Of a DNA stretch of 64,000 nucleotides, positions 28,053 to 36,375 are shown in pieces. The translations under genes were made by a program, and so were the position numbers. Every line of letters starts with the position of its first letter. The first letter of the stretch is position 1. The notes under the pieces were generated by a model. It saw nothing but the letters and a program-made list of their open reading frames with translations. It made no database searches and was not told the DNA's origin. This DNA comes from Gammaproteobacteria bacterium. GTDB lineage: Bacteria; Pseudomonadota; Gammaproteobacteria; Burkholderiales; Burkholderiaceae_B. The stretch covers positions 11,539 to 75,538 of the forward strand of contig JAHJCM010000007.1 in NCBI GenBank assembly GCA_018812945.1, written 5' to 3'.

Positions 28053-28315
28053 TAGAAACTTCTCCATTGGTCCAATGGCAAGCCCTCTTCCTCAACGATT
28101 GAGTTGTATGCAGCAATAAATTCAGAATGATCTTGCTTCCAACGGCGCTCTTGTTCTTTGCGAACCACTTCTCGAAGGTAGTTGTCGCAAACCTGAGAAA
28201 TATTGATCCCCAAGGATTTGGCAGACTCCAAAACATCCGCGCTTAAGGTTAAGTTTGCCGCCCGCTTGCCCGATGTCCCGGGCCGGGAGGGAAGCTTGCG
28301 TTTGATCACGGCCAT
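28052..28315 (-). CDS. ccdA: CcdA-family antitoxin
   Basis: KRAANLTL...AKSLGINISQ and RRWKQDHSEFIAAYN..VEEEGLPL...RSF. Confidence 0.85.
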   Translation of the reverse strand: MAVIKRKLPSRPGTSGKRAANLTLSADVLESAKSLGINISQVCDNYLREVVRKEQERRWKQDHSEFIAAYNSIVEEEGLPLDQWRSF

Positions 28316-28324
28316 TGAAACCTC

Positions 28325-28346
28325 ATGCGCATTATTGTATGCGTAT
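28325..28346. promoter_or_regulatory. Probable ccdAB operator
   Basis: Palindrome ATGCGCAT (28325-28332) and near-copy ATGCGTAT (28339-28346), 14-bp period, just upstream of the ccdA ATG. Confidence 0.55.
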
Positions 28347-28399
28347 ATTTTAACCCTCATTTCCTCAAATGAAAACAAGCAGCAATAAGCTTGCGAAAC

Positions 28400-29584
28400 T
28401 TACCGCCCCACTAGCTGAATGGCCTGTTTGGCCATGGTGGTGACCGACAGGTGCAGCAGGTTGAACACCCAGCGAATGGTGGCTACCGAAGCATCGGCCA
28501 ATGCATGGGTTGAGCGGCCCAGGTAAGCCATGATGGCGTTGAGCATGCCCGCTACCTCTTTGGCCTGTTTGTGGCTGGCTTGGGCATAACGGGCGAGTAT
28601 TTCGGCCATTTGATCGAGCACCGTGAATGCGCCACTGCGGTAGTGGCCCACACTGAGCAGGCTTTGCGCCCCGAGGCGAGAAAGCATGTCGTGAATGGCT
28701 TTGTTGATCAGTTTAAGCAAGCGCCCACTGAACATGGCACCGGGCATTTTGGCGAGTTGTTCAAACTGCCCTGCTTCTTTGTTGTTGGCGGGGTACAGCG
28801 AGTTTTCTAACTGCTGTTGTTTGCCTTGAGTAAGGCTTTGCATTTGCTTCCAGCCGGCATTGATCATGCTTCCGTAGCCGTTGGCCAGCATGTGTTGCAT
28901 GGGGTTGATTTTTAGCATGCCACCCTCGAGCAGGTATGTACCGTGCACATAGGGAGAATGCACAAAAGGGTAGCAAGGCACCATGGTGACAATATCCGCT
29001 TCGTTGGCCACGCGGTACACATGGGCGGCTTTCATTTTCTTACTCAGGTGCTCAGCATACGGCACCATGCCCACGCGGGGAGCGGCCACCGTATACAGGT
29101 AGGAATTCAGGCCCAGTTCGGCGCAAGCCGCCGCATTGAGGTTGGCCAGGGCGCCGCCCAGGCTGTGGCCCATGCAGTGCACTGCGGTGGGTTTGAAACC
29201 GAGGGTTTGTTGCTGGATGAATTCATTGAGCTGCTGAACATAGCTTTTGAAGGTGGTGCCAAAGCCTTTGTGGATGGCGTGGCCTGTGGGGCCAAGAGTT
29301 GGGATTGCGTTGATGTCGGTGCCTGCGTCCGCCCAAGTGGCCGTGCCACGGGTGGCGATGATGATTTCACGGGAGCGTCCACCATTGAGCCGGGCCATGA
29401 AGCCAAAGCCGCTGGAGACAGGGGTGATGAGGCCGGAGGTGGCGGTGATTAACTTAAGAGAATTGAGATCAATGAACGGCATCGAAATCCCCAACTGATC
29501 TTTAAGCGCAATTGAGTCCCTACCTTTGGCTTTGTATGCTCCATCGGAGAGCAAATAAATTTGATTAGGTGTTAGCTGATTCAT
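28400..29584 (-). CDS. Lipase class 3 family protein (putative phospholipase effector)
   Basis: ATRGT, IHKGF, GHSLGG nucleophile elbow, YTVAAPRVG, EADIVTMVP. No signal peptide. ATG lies 1 nt after the upstream stop. Confidence 0.85.
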   Translation of the reverse strand: MNQLTPNQIYLLSDGAYKAKGRDSIALKDQLGISMPFIDLNSLKLITATSGLITPVSSGFGFMARLNGGRSREIIIATRGTATWADAGTDINAIPTLGPTGHAIHKGFGTTFKSYVQQLNEFIQQQTLGFKPTAVHCMGHSLGGALANLNAAACAELGLNSYLYTVAAPRVGMVPYAEHLSKKMKAAHVYRVANEADIVTMVPCYPFVHSPYVHGTYLLEGGMLKINPMQHMLANGYGSMINAGWKQMQSLTQGKQQQLENSLYPANNKEAGQFEQLAKMPGAMFSGRLLKLINKAIHDMLSRLGAQSLLSVGHYRSGAFTVLDQMAEILARYAQASHKQAKEVAGMLNAIMAYLGRSTHALADASVATIRWVFNLLHLSVTTMAKQAIQLVGR

Positions 29585-29585
29585 T

Positions 29586-30059
29586 TTAGACATTCCCGTT
29601 GTGTTGGCATCGGACAATTCGACCGTGGTCGAATTGCTCATAGGTAGACAGATCGCAATTTATTTTTATTACACCGTCTTTTGCTTCACTTCTTTCGCCG
29701 AAGTCGTGCTTGGTGTATGACCAAATTGCATAGCGCTGCCCCTCGTGCAAAAGCCAAACGAGCTGCGAAATATTGGGATTCGCCGACAACAAATCGGGCC
29801 TTAAAAACCTGCGCTCTTGAACCACTTCAAACTTGAACCGACCGTCGCTGCCGGTAGTCGAGGTGTCTCTATGTTTCCCACCCTCGAAGCCTCCGCTGTA
29901 GAGTTCTCGCGTTACAACCACATTGGCCAGCGGCTTTCCCTGCCAATGAATAAAACCCTCGATGGGCGAGCAGTACACAATTTTTCTGAACACAAAGGCC
30001 TCCGAGGAAACGGGAGTAAGGGGCAGCAGCAAGACCAGGGCAAACAAAATGCGGTACAT
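29586..30059 (-). CDS. Secreted transthyretin-like protein (DUF6795-like), putative immunity partner of the lipase
   Basis: Signal peptide MYRILFALVLLLPLTPVSSEA, CSPIEG..GKPLANVVVTR, TTGSDGRFKF, C-terminal CDL...C. Confidence 0.6.
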   Translation of the reverse strand: MYRILFALVLLLPLTPVSSEAFVFRKIVYCSPIEGFIHWQGKPLANVVVTRELYSGGFEGGKHRDTSTTGSDGRFKFEVVQERRFLRPDLLSANPNISQLVWLLHEGQRYAIWSYTKHDFGERSEAKDGVIKINCDLSTYEQFDHGRIVRCQHNGNV

Positions 30060-30209
30060 GGTTGAAGCCTGCGCGTATTGAACAAACGAGCACGCTAGCA
30101 CCGGGTGAAGCGAGAGGCAAAAACTAGGCTGGGTAGGTAATCAGGATGAGGGGTATTGCATTGGAGCAGTGCCAACATGCAATGGGTTAATACCACTTCC
30201 ATTTGAGAA

Positions 30210-30281
30210 TACATATTGAGTTGCGTAGTTTCAATTTACTTAATACAATTTGTAAATTAAAAATACAACTTTCAATTTGTA
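30210..30281. promoter_or_regulatory. Three phased HipB-type operators
   Basis: TAC-N12-GTA starting at 30210, 30237 and 30264 (27-bp period). The last is the perfect ATACAA-N8-TTGTAT overlapping the hipB ATG. Confidence 0.7.
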
Positions 30282-30541
30282 TGAATGAATTTCCATTACG
30301 CACCGCAGAACAACTTGGCTCAATGCTTCAGTCCTTTCGCAGGCAAGCTGGCATGACCCAGTCTGAAGTTGCGATTCGCTTGGGCATTACCCAACAAACC
30401 TTGTCGGCCCTGGAAAGAAATGCAAAGAAAGTGAGTGCCGACCGGTTACTGGCACTTCTGAGTATTCTGGGAGTAGAACTGGTGATGCGCAAGGCGAATG
30501 AATTACCCCCCCAAAAAACCCCAACCGGGCAGGATTGGTAA
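30281..30541 (+). CDS. hipB: HipB antitoxin (XRE HTH)
   Basis: RRQAGMTQSEVAIRLGITQQTLSALERN HTH, 3 nt before hipA. Confidence 0.9.
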   Translation: MNEFPLRTAEQLGSMLQSFRRQAGMTQSEVAIRLGITQQTLSALERNAKKVSADRLLALLSILGVELVMRKANELPPQKTPTGQDW

Positions 30542-30544
30542 AGC

Positions 30545-31897
30545 ATGGGGCGACGAAATCACAAACACACCTTGTATTTGTGGATGAATGGTGAATTGGT
30601 GGGCACCTGGAGCATGCGCCTCCACGCTGGCGAAACCCTGCAGTATGACCACGATTGGCTGGCATCCGGGCAAGGGCGCCCATTATCTTTGTCGCTGCCA
30701 TTTACACCGGGCAACCCGCCGCATCAAAGCGATGCGGTGCGTACCTATTTTGAAAATTTGCTACCAGACAGCCAGGTAATTCGCGAACGAGTAGCACGCA
30801 AGTTTCGGGTAGGCTCTACACAGGCATTCCCCTTACTTGCAGAAATAGGACGCGATTGCGTGGGGGCCCTTCAAATACTTCCAGATGCAAACCCACCCGA
30901 GGGTATTAAAGAGGTATTGGCGACCCCGCTGAAAGAGGCTGACATTGCGCAATTGCTTCGCCGCACCTTATCACCCTCAACACAAGTTAACCCGGAAAGG
31001 GATGACACTGACTTTCGCATATCGATTGCAGGCGCACAGGAAAAGACTGCGCTGGTGTGGCTGAATGAACAATGGTGCTTGCCACATGGGTCGACACCCA
31101 CAACGCACATACTCAAACTTCCACTGGGCTTGGTTGGCAACCTGAAAGTAGATATGCGCGACTCAGTTGAAAATGAATGGCTATGCTCGAAAATTCTGGA
31201 TGCATTCGACTTGCCTGTTGCACCCACACAAATCCTTCAGTTTGAAGACATGAAAGTACTGGCCGTGGAACGATTCGACCGCCAGTGGCAAACCGATGAA
31301 ACGGGTCAAAGGTGGCTTGTACGTTTGCCGCAGGAAGACATGTGCCAGGCCACGGCAACACCACCGCATTTGAAATACGAATCCGACGGTGGCCCGGGCA
31401 TTCGCAGCATTATGAATCTGCTGGCAACTTCTCAAAACCCGGATCGCGACCGGCGCTTGTTTTTTCAGGCACAGGTGCTTTTCTGGATGCTTCGCGCCAC
31501 CGATGGGCACGCAAAGAACTTCAGTATTTTCATCCGGCGAGGCGGAACTTACGAACTGACCCCCTTGTACGATGTGCTTTCGGCCTACCCGGTAATTGGC
31601 AATGGTGCGCAACAGTTGTCGCCATTCAAAGCGAAGATGGCCATGGCTGTACGGTCGAAAAACCCGCACTGGACAATGCAAGATATTGTGCGCAGGCACT
31701 GGGTGGCTGTGGGAACGGAACATGGTGTGGTGGCACCAGACGGCCAGGGTGTTGAGGCGGTACTGGACAACTTGATTGAGAAGACTCCAGAAGTGGTGCG
31801 CGCGGTACGCGCAATTTTGCCCAAGGAATTTCCGATACACACTGCTGACAGCATACTCAATGGGCTGCTAAGCGCTGCAAACAAATTGAAGGCATAG
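30545..31897 (+). CDS. hipA: HipA kinase toxin (classical E. coli type)
   Basis: PLSLSLP, FENLLPD, GRDCVGA, RISIAGAQEKTAL, DGHAKNFS, PLYDVLS. Confidence 0.93.
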   Translation: MGRRNHKHTLYLWMNGELVGTWSMRLHAGETLQYDHDWLASGQGRPLSLSLPFTPGNPPHQSDAVRTYFENLLPDSQVIRERVARKFRVGSTQAFPLLAEIGRDCVGALQILPDANPPEGIKEVLATPLKEADIAQLLRRTLSPSTQVNPERDDTDFRISIAGAQEKTALVWLNEQWCLPHGSTPTTHILKLPLGLVGNLKVDMRDSVENEWLCSKILDAFDLPVAPTQILQFEDMKVLAVERFDRQWQTDETGQRWLVRLPQEDMCQATATPPHLKYESDGGPGIRSIMNLLATSQNPDRDRRLFFQAQVLFWMLRATDGHAKNFSIFIRRGGTYELTPLYDVLSAYPVIGNGAQQLSPFKAKMAMAVRSKNPHWTMQDIVRRHWVAVGTEHGVVAPDGQGVEAVLDNLIEKTPEVVRAVRAILPKEFPIHTADSILNGLLSAANKLKA

Positions 31898-31948
31898 AAA
31901 GCACTGGGGCCTGTAATCAGGACGGGGGGGCATTTCTGCTGGTTGTTG

Positions 31949-31992
31949 CTTGAAACTATCAAGCTAGATAAACTAGTCAGATAACTAGTTAT
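31949..31992. promoter_or_regulatory. Promoter/operator of the phd-vapC pair
   Basis: Perfect palindrome ATAACTAGTTAT (31981-31992), CTAG repeats at 31964 and 31973, and CTTGA-N5-TCAAG (31949-31963). Confidence 0.6.
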
Positions 31993-32005
31993 TTAGGAAA
32001 GTTTC

Positions 32006-32266
32006 ATGCAAACATGGCCCGTACAGGATGCAAAAGCCAGATTCAGTGAACTACTGGACACCTGCCTGCGTGATGGCCCACAAGCTGTAAGCAGACGCGG
32101 CCAAGAACAGGCGGTTTTAGTACCCATGGCTGAATGGGTACGGCTAACCCAGAAAAACCAGCCGGGCGTGAAAGATTTGCTACTGGCCGAGGAGGCCCGT
32201 ACGGAATACCTTGTGCCCCCGAGAGGGCAGCTAAAGCGCCGAAAAGCCACCGGACAGGAAGGCTGA
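32006..32266 (+). CDS. Phd/YefM-family antitoxin
   Basis: WPVQDAKARFSELL...GPQAVSRRGQEQAVLV. Confidence 0.9.
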   Translation: MQTWPVQDAKARFSELLDTCLRDGPQAVSRRGQEQAVLVPMAEWVRLTQKNQPGVKDLLLAEEARTEYLVPPRGQLKRRKATGQEG

Positions 32267-32269
32267 ACC

Positions 32270-32674
32270 ATGTACCTTCTGGACACCAACGTTATTTCCG
32301 AACTACGAAAAACAAAACCCCATGGAGCAGTGCTGGCGTGGATCAAGAATATTCCCGAGCATTTGCTTTACCTTAGCGCATTTACGCTGGCTGAAATTCA
32401 AAGCGGAATCGAGAGAACCAGAGAACAAGATGAGGGCAAAGCCGAAGAAATAGAACTGTGGCTGAACAAATTGGAAGCCACGTTTAAGGTGCTACCCATG
32501 GATGCAAAGTGCTTCCGAGTGTGGGCAAAATTAATGCACCGGGAAACAGACACAGCATTGGAAGATGCCATGATTGCCGCCACTGCCCTCGCCAACAAGT
32601 TAACGGTAGTAACCCGCAACACGAAAGACTTTACCCGGTTTGATGTGCCGTTACTGAACCCGTTTTCGGGTTAA
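32270..32674 (+). CDS. vapC: VapC PIN-domain toxin
   Basis: MYLLDTNVISE, EIQSG, DAMIAATA, VVTRNTKDF. Confidence 0.92.
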   Translation: MYLLDTNVISELRKTKPHGAVLAWIKNIPEHLLYLSAFTLAEIQSGIERTREQDEGKAEEIELWLNKLEATFKVLPMDAKCFRVWAKLMHRETDTALEDAMIAATALANKLTVVTRNTKDFTRFDVPLLNPFSG

Positions 32675-32824
32675 AGGCTGGCCGTGAATGCAACACTGTG
32701 AGCAGCGAAGTAAAGCGGCAACACTTTTATGCGCCAATTAGTGCGGATGATTACATTTTTATGCGCGTGAAAGTGTAAACCAACAAAAAGCCAAATGCTT
32801 GCGGTGCGCCCTAAAGCCTGATAA

Positions 32825-32847
32825 TGTACACACTAATTTGTACACAC
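32825..32847. promoter_or_regulatory. Probable vapBC operator
   Basis: TGTACACAC at 32825 and 32839 (14-bp period). Each contains the palindrome TGTACA. Confidence 0.6.
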
Positions 32848-32859
32848 CCAGAGGTGCTA

Positions 32860-33129
32860 ATGGCTTCACCTGTCTCTACTACTCGGGTTTTCAACAACGG
32901 CAACAGCCAAGCGGTGCGCATTCCCGCCGAGTTTCGCTTGAATACTGACCGGGTTCAAATTAGCCGCAATGAACACGGCGACCTTGTTATTCACCCCATA
33001 CCTGCCGAGCGCGGGCAGGCTTTGTTGCGGGCACTGCAAGCTTTGGGTGAAGTTGACGAACAATTTATCGCTGCACTGGAAGCCGAGCAGGAGGACAGCC
33101 AACCCATGCAAGATCGCGAGGCGCTGTGA
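32860..33129 (+). CDS. vapB: VapB antitoxin (AbrB/MazE fold)
   Basis: TRVFNNGNSQAVRIPAEFRL. GAGG RBS before ATG 32860. Confidence 0.9.
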   Translation: MASPVSTTRVFNNGNSQAVRIPAEFRLNTDRVQISRNEHGDLVIHPIPAERGQALLRALQALGEVDEQFIAALEAEQEDSQPMQDREAL

Positions 33130-33536
33130 TTTACCTGCTTGACACCAACATTCTGATTTACCTGATCAAAAACCAGCCACCGACCATTGCCCAGAAAGTA
33201 AATTCGCTACCCACAGATGCAAAACTGGCCATGAGTTTTATTACTTGGGCAGAACTGTTGAAGGGTGCAGAGCGCAGCAGCCGCAAGCCAGAAACCTTGC
33301 GCAGGCTGGATCAATTGGCCCAGCAGATCCATGTGATGTACCCGAGTGGCCCGACGATATGCAAGCACTATGCAGAACAATTTATGCAATTGAAAGACGC
33401 GGGAACCCCCATAGGAGCAAATGACTTGTGGATTGCGTGCCATGCACTGGCCGAGAATGCAACGCTGGTAACCCACAACACCAAGGAATTTTTAAGAGTG
33501 AAAGGGCTGGTGGTTGAGGATTGGGTGGTTGAATAG
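33126..33536 (+). CDS. vapC: VapC PIN-domain toxin
   Basis: YLLDTNILI, ELLKGAERS, PIGANDLWIACHA, LVTHNTKEF. 4-nt overlap with vapB. Confidence 0.92.
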   Translation: MIYLLDTNILIYLIKNQPPTIAQKVNSLPTDAKLAMSFITWAELLKGAERSSRKPETLRRLDQLAQQIHVMYPSGPTICKHYAEQFMQLKDAGTPIGANDLWIACHALAENATLVTHNTKEFLRVKGLVVEDWVVE

Positions 33537-33555
33537 ATTTGATATAGAAGAAGAC

Positions 33556-33720
33556 TTGGCCGCATTGCGAGAAGACACAACGCTGGCTGAGCTTTGCAAG
33601 CAGTTTGAACTACACCCCACCCAAATCGTTGAATGGAAAAAGCAACTGCTGGCCAATGCGAGCGGTGCATTTGGATCACATTCCAAAGTCACGGAAGCGG
33701 TTGATCTGAAGCCACTGCAG
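33556..33720 (+). mobile_element. IS3-family transposase OrfA fragment (remnant)
   Basis: LAALREDTTLAELCKQFELHPTQIVEWKKQLL HTH_Tnp_1-like segment ending at VDLKPL. No start, OrfB or terminal repeats seen. Confidence 0.7.
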
Positions 33721-33753
33721 TTGATTTTGCCAATCGCAAGTGGCAGACTACTA

Positions 33754-34308
33754 TTAATTTCGAAATACCTCACATAGATTAAAACTTCCGGCAGCCGCAT
33801 CTTTTACAGAAAGTTTCGGCACATCTTCTAAAGGCCACTGAATTCCAATATCGGGATCATTCCAGCAGATACTTCGCTCGTGCTCCGGATACCAGTAGTC
33901 GGTCGTTTTATATAAGAAATCCGCAAACTCGCTCAAAACCAAAAAACCATGTGCAAATCCCTCGGGTATCCATAGCATTCGTTTATTCTCGGCTGACAAT
34001 TCAACTCCAGCCCATTTGCCGAAATTCGCTGACGTCGTACGCATGTCGACAGCGACGTCGAATACGGCACCGCTAACAACCCGTACCAACTTGCCCTGAG
34101 GGTGCCTAATTTGATAATGAAGCCCCCGCAGAACGCCTTTCTCGGAGCGGCTATGGTTATCTTGCACGAAATCAACATCAAAGCCTGTCGCGTCGATAAA
34201 ATCACGCTGATTGAAGCTTTCAAAAAAGAAACCGCGTTCATCACCGAACACTTTCGGCTCTAACATCAACACTTCGGGCAAGCTGGTTTTAGAAACAAGG
34301 TATGGCAT
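33754..34308 (-). CDS. rmlC: dTDP-4-dehydrorhamnose 3,5-epimerase, copy 2
   Basis: FGDERGFFFESF, QDNHS, LRGLHYQ, GFAHGF. Confidence 0.95.
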   Translation of the reverse strand: MPYLVSKTSLPEVLMLEPKVFGDERGFFFESFNQRDFIDATGFDVDFVQDNHSRSEKGVLRGLHYQIRHPQGKLVRVVSGAVFDVAVDMRTTSANFGKWAGVELSAENKRMLWIPEGFAHGFLVLSEFADFLYKTTDYWYPEHERSICWNDPDIGIQWPLEDVPKLSVKDAAAGSFNLCEVFRN

Positions 34309-34311
34309 AGT

Positions 34312-35187
34312 TCATCTTAATAAATTCAGTAAATACTGGCCGTAAACGCCTTTGGCAAGTGGGAGCGCAAGTTTATTTAAGGCTTCAGAGTCAATCCACC
34401 CTTGCTGAAAGGCAATTTCCTCAGGACATGCGACTTGCAAACCCTGCCGCTTTTGAAGTGTCGCGATGAAACTGGCAGCTTCTAGAAGACTATCGTGTGT
34501 ACCAGTGTCCAGCCAGGCAAACCCTCGCCCCATAATTTCAACGTCAAGCTCGCCCGATTTAAGGTATCGCTGATTGATATCCGTAATCTCCAGTTCACCA
34601 CGAGCCGAGGGTTTGATTTCCGCAGCAATATCGCATACCTGCTGATCATAAAAATAAAGCCCGGTTACCGCAAAATTGCTTTTGGGCTTGGCTGGTTTTT
34701 CTTCGATACTGACCGCTCTCTTTTGTAGGTCAAACTCCACTACTCCATAACGCTGGGGATCATTTACGTGATAAGCAAATACACTTGCGCCATTGACTTT
34801 TGAGTTTGCGCTGCGAAGTCGCTTAACGAGGTCGTGACCATAAAAGATGTTGTCGCCTAAAACTAGCGCACTTGGATTGTTGTCAATGAAAGATTTTCCA
34901 ATAACAAAAGCCTGTGCCAGGCCATCTGGTGAGGGTTGAACCGCGTATTGGATATTCATACCCCACTGTTCCCCATCCCCCAATAATTCGGCAAACCGGG
35001 GGGTGTCTTGTGGAGTGCTGATAACCAATACATTACGGATTCCTGCAAGCATCAAGGTGCTCAGCGGGTAATAAATCATGGGTTTGTCGTACACTGGCAT
35101 CAGTTGTTTGCTGATGGCCTGAGTGATGGGATACAAGCGAGTACCCGACCCACCGGCAAGAACTAATCCTTTCCGATCAATGCTCAT
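34312..35187 (-). CDS. rmlA: Glucose-1-phosphate thymidylyltransferase, copy 2
   Basis: [34 protein letters not shown]. Confidence 0.95.
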   Translation of the reverse strand: MSIDRKGLVLAGGSGTRLYPITQAISKQLMPVYDKPMIYYPLSTLMLAGIRNVLVISTPQDTPRFAELLGDGEQWGMNIQYAVQPSPDGLAQAFVIGKSFIDNNPSALVLGDNIFYGHDLVKRLRSANSKVNGASVFAYHVNDPQRYGVVEFDLQKRAVSIEEKPAKPKSNFAVTGLYFYDQQVCDIAAEIKPSARGELEITDINQRYLKSGELDVEIMGRGFAWLDTGTHDSLLEAASFIATLQKRQGLQVACPEEIAFQQGWIDSEALNKLALPLAKGVYGQYLLNLLR

Positions 35188-35207
35188 CAAGGTTACGCCT
35201 TTCTAAA

Positions 35208-36344
35208 TTAAGCAACTATTTTCACTACAGTTTCGAGAGTAGACGATATTTGATTCTCAACCACAACCTGATCGGCTGGTTTAATTGCACGAACCGTCAC
35301 AAATTCTCTCAACCCTGCATTTCGTTTGGCACGTCGCTCTGCCATTGCAATCTTTCGCGCCAAATTGCTCGGCGTATCGCAACCAGATTGATCATTTAGT
35401 TCCCCCGCGATCTTATTACTTTCTTTAAAAAGGTAATCACACAGTGGGCGATAAGGAAGATCTTCAAGCTCAGCAAATCCGATCTTCCTGAGCAAATCGA
35501 ACAAAGATGGTCGATTGAAAAGAACCAAATGCCGGGGTGGCTCTAAGCCCCGCCACGAAGGCCCAAAACTTTCATGCCCCTGAGCATCAACGTTGGGGGT
35601 TTCAATCCAAATCCAGCCGTTTGGTTTTAACAAAGCATAACAATGGCGCAGAGCGGCAGCCGGATCGTGCATATGTTCAATTACATGGCTCAATGTTATA
35701 CCGTCAAAACTCTCAATCGCTGGATCTAACGATTCGATCGAATCTTGCCTCACATCAATTCCATGATTGCGCGCAGCCTCTGCTGCCTTTGGGTCTGGCT
35801 CAAGACCAACTACCTCCCACCCGGCCTGAGAGGCAAGCAACAAAAAGTCGCCGTTACCACAACCGACATCGAGTAATCTGTGCCCTCGTCCTCCGAACGG
35901 AATGCAACGCCGCTCAGCATCCAAAAGATTTCGAAATCCAGGTGAGAAATAAGCAAACACCACACCAAGTTTAGTCGAAGGATGCAGATTGGTTCCGAAT
36001 CTTTTATTACGATAGCCATTGGCCAGTGCTCGTTTCAAACGCCGCAAAAAGCCTAAATCGCGATAGTCATTCTGCACGGACTGCGAGTGCGTAAAATAAG
36101 TGGAGTAAGCCATTCCTATGGTGGAGACCGTTGGCCTGGGATCAAGATATGTACTGCGGCAGACCTGACATTGAAACATGTCCCAGGAGCCCGGGGCGCA
36201 CTTAAAAACTTTGTCAGACAAATCTTTGTGCAGCAAGTGACGGCGCTCACTGGAGCAAACTGGGCAAATTTTAACCCTCTCCAAACCATCTTGAGGCCAA
36301 GTGCTAGAGCCTTGTACCGAATGCGATTCAGGGAATGTTTGCAT
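35208..36344 (-). CDS. Class I SAM-dependent methyltransferase with N-terminal zinc ribbon
   Basis: CPVCSS...CQVCR, LLDVGCGNG, ITLSHVIEH, LKPNGWIWIETPN. Confidence 0.85.
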   Translation of the reverse strand: MQTFPESHSVQGSSTWPQDGLERVKICPVCSSERRHLLHKDLSDKVFKCAPGSWDMFQCQVCRSTYLDPRPTVSTIGMAYSTYFTHSQSVQNDYRDLGFLRRLKRALANGYRNKRFGTNLHPSTKLGVVFAYFSPGFRNLLDAERRCIPFGGRGHRLLDVGCGNGDFLLLASQAGWEVVGLEPDPKAAEAARNHGIDVRQDSIESLDPAIESFDGITLSHVIEHMHDPAAALRHCYALLKPNGWIWIETPNVDAQGHESFGPSWRGLEPPRHLVLFNRPSLFDLLRKIGFAELEDLPYRPLCDYLFKESNKIAGELNDQSGCDTPSNLARKIAMAERRAKRNAGLREFVTVRAIKPADQVVVENQISSTLETVVKIVA

Positions 36345-36375
36345 TTTTTAAAACCTTAATCCTTCGTGCTTGAAG

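Noticed and set aside
28316-30280. Extended ORF-track starts for ccdA (28378), ccdB (28067), lipase (29641), DUF6795-like (30101) and hipB (30203)
   Set aside because: The extensions run through operators or neighbouring genes. Downstream starts give coupled junctions and family-typical N-termini.
24420-33777. Integron cassette array (TA-rich arrays are typical of chromosomal integrons)
   Set aside because: No repeated RYYYAAC...GTTRRRY attC-like elements between genes, genes lie in mixed orientation, and no integrase is present.
33514-33777. 87-aa ORF as a functional gene
   Set aside because: It overlaps vapC and rmlC2, and only its central part resembles IS3 OrfA. Treated as a remnant.
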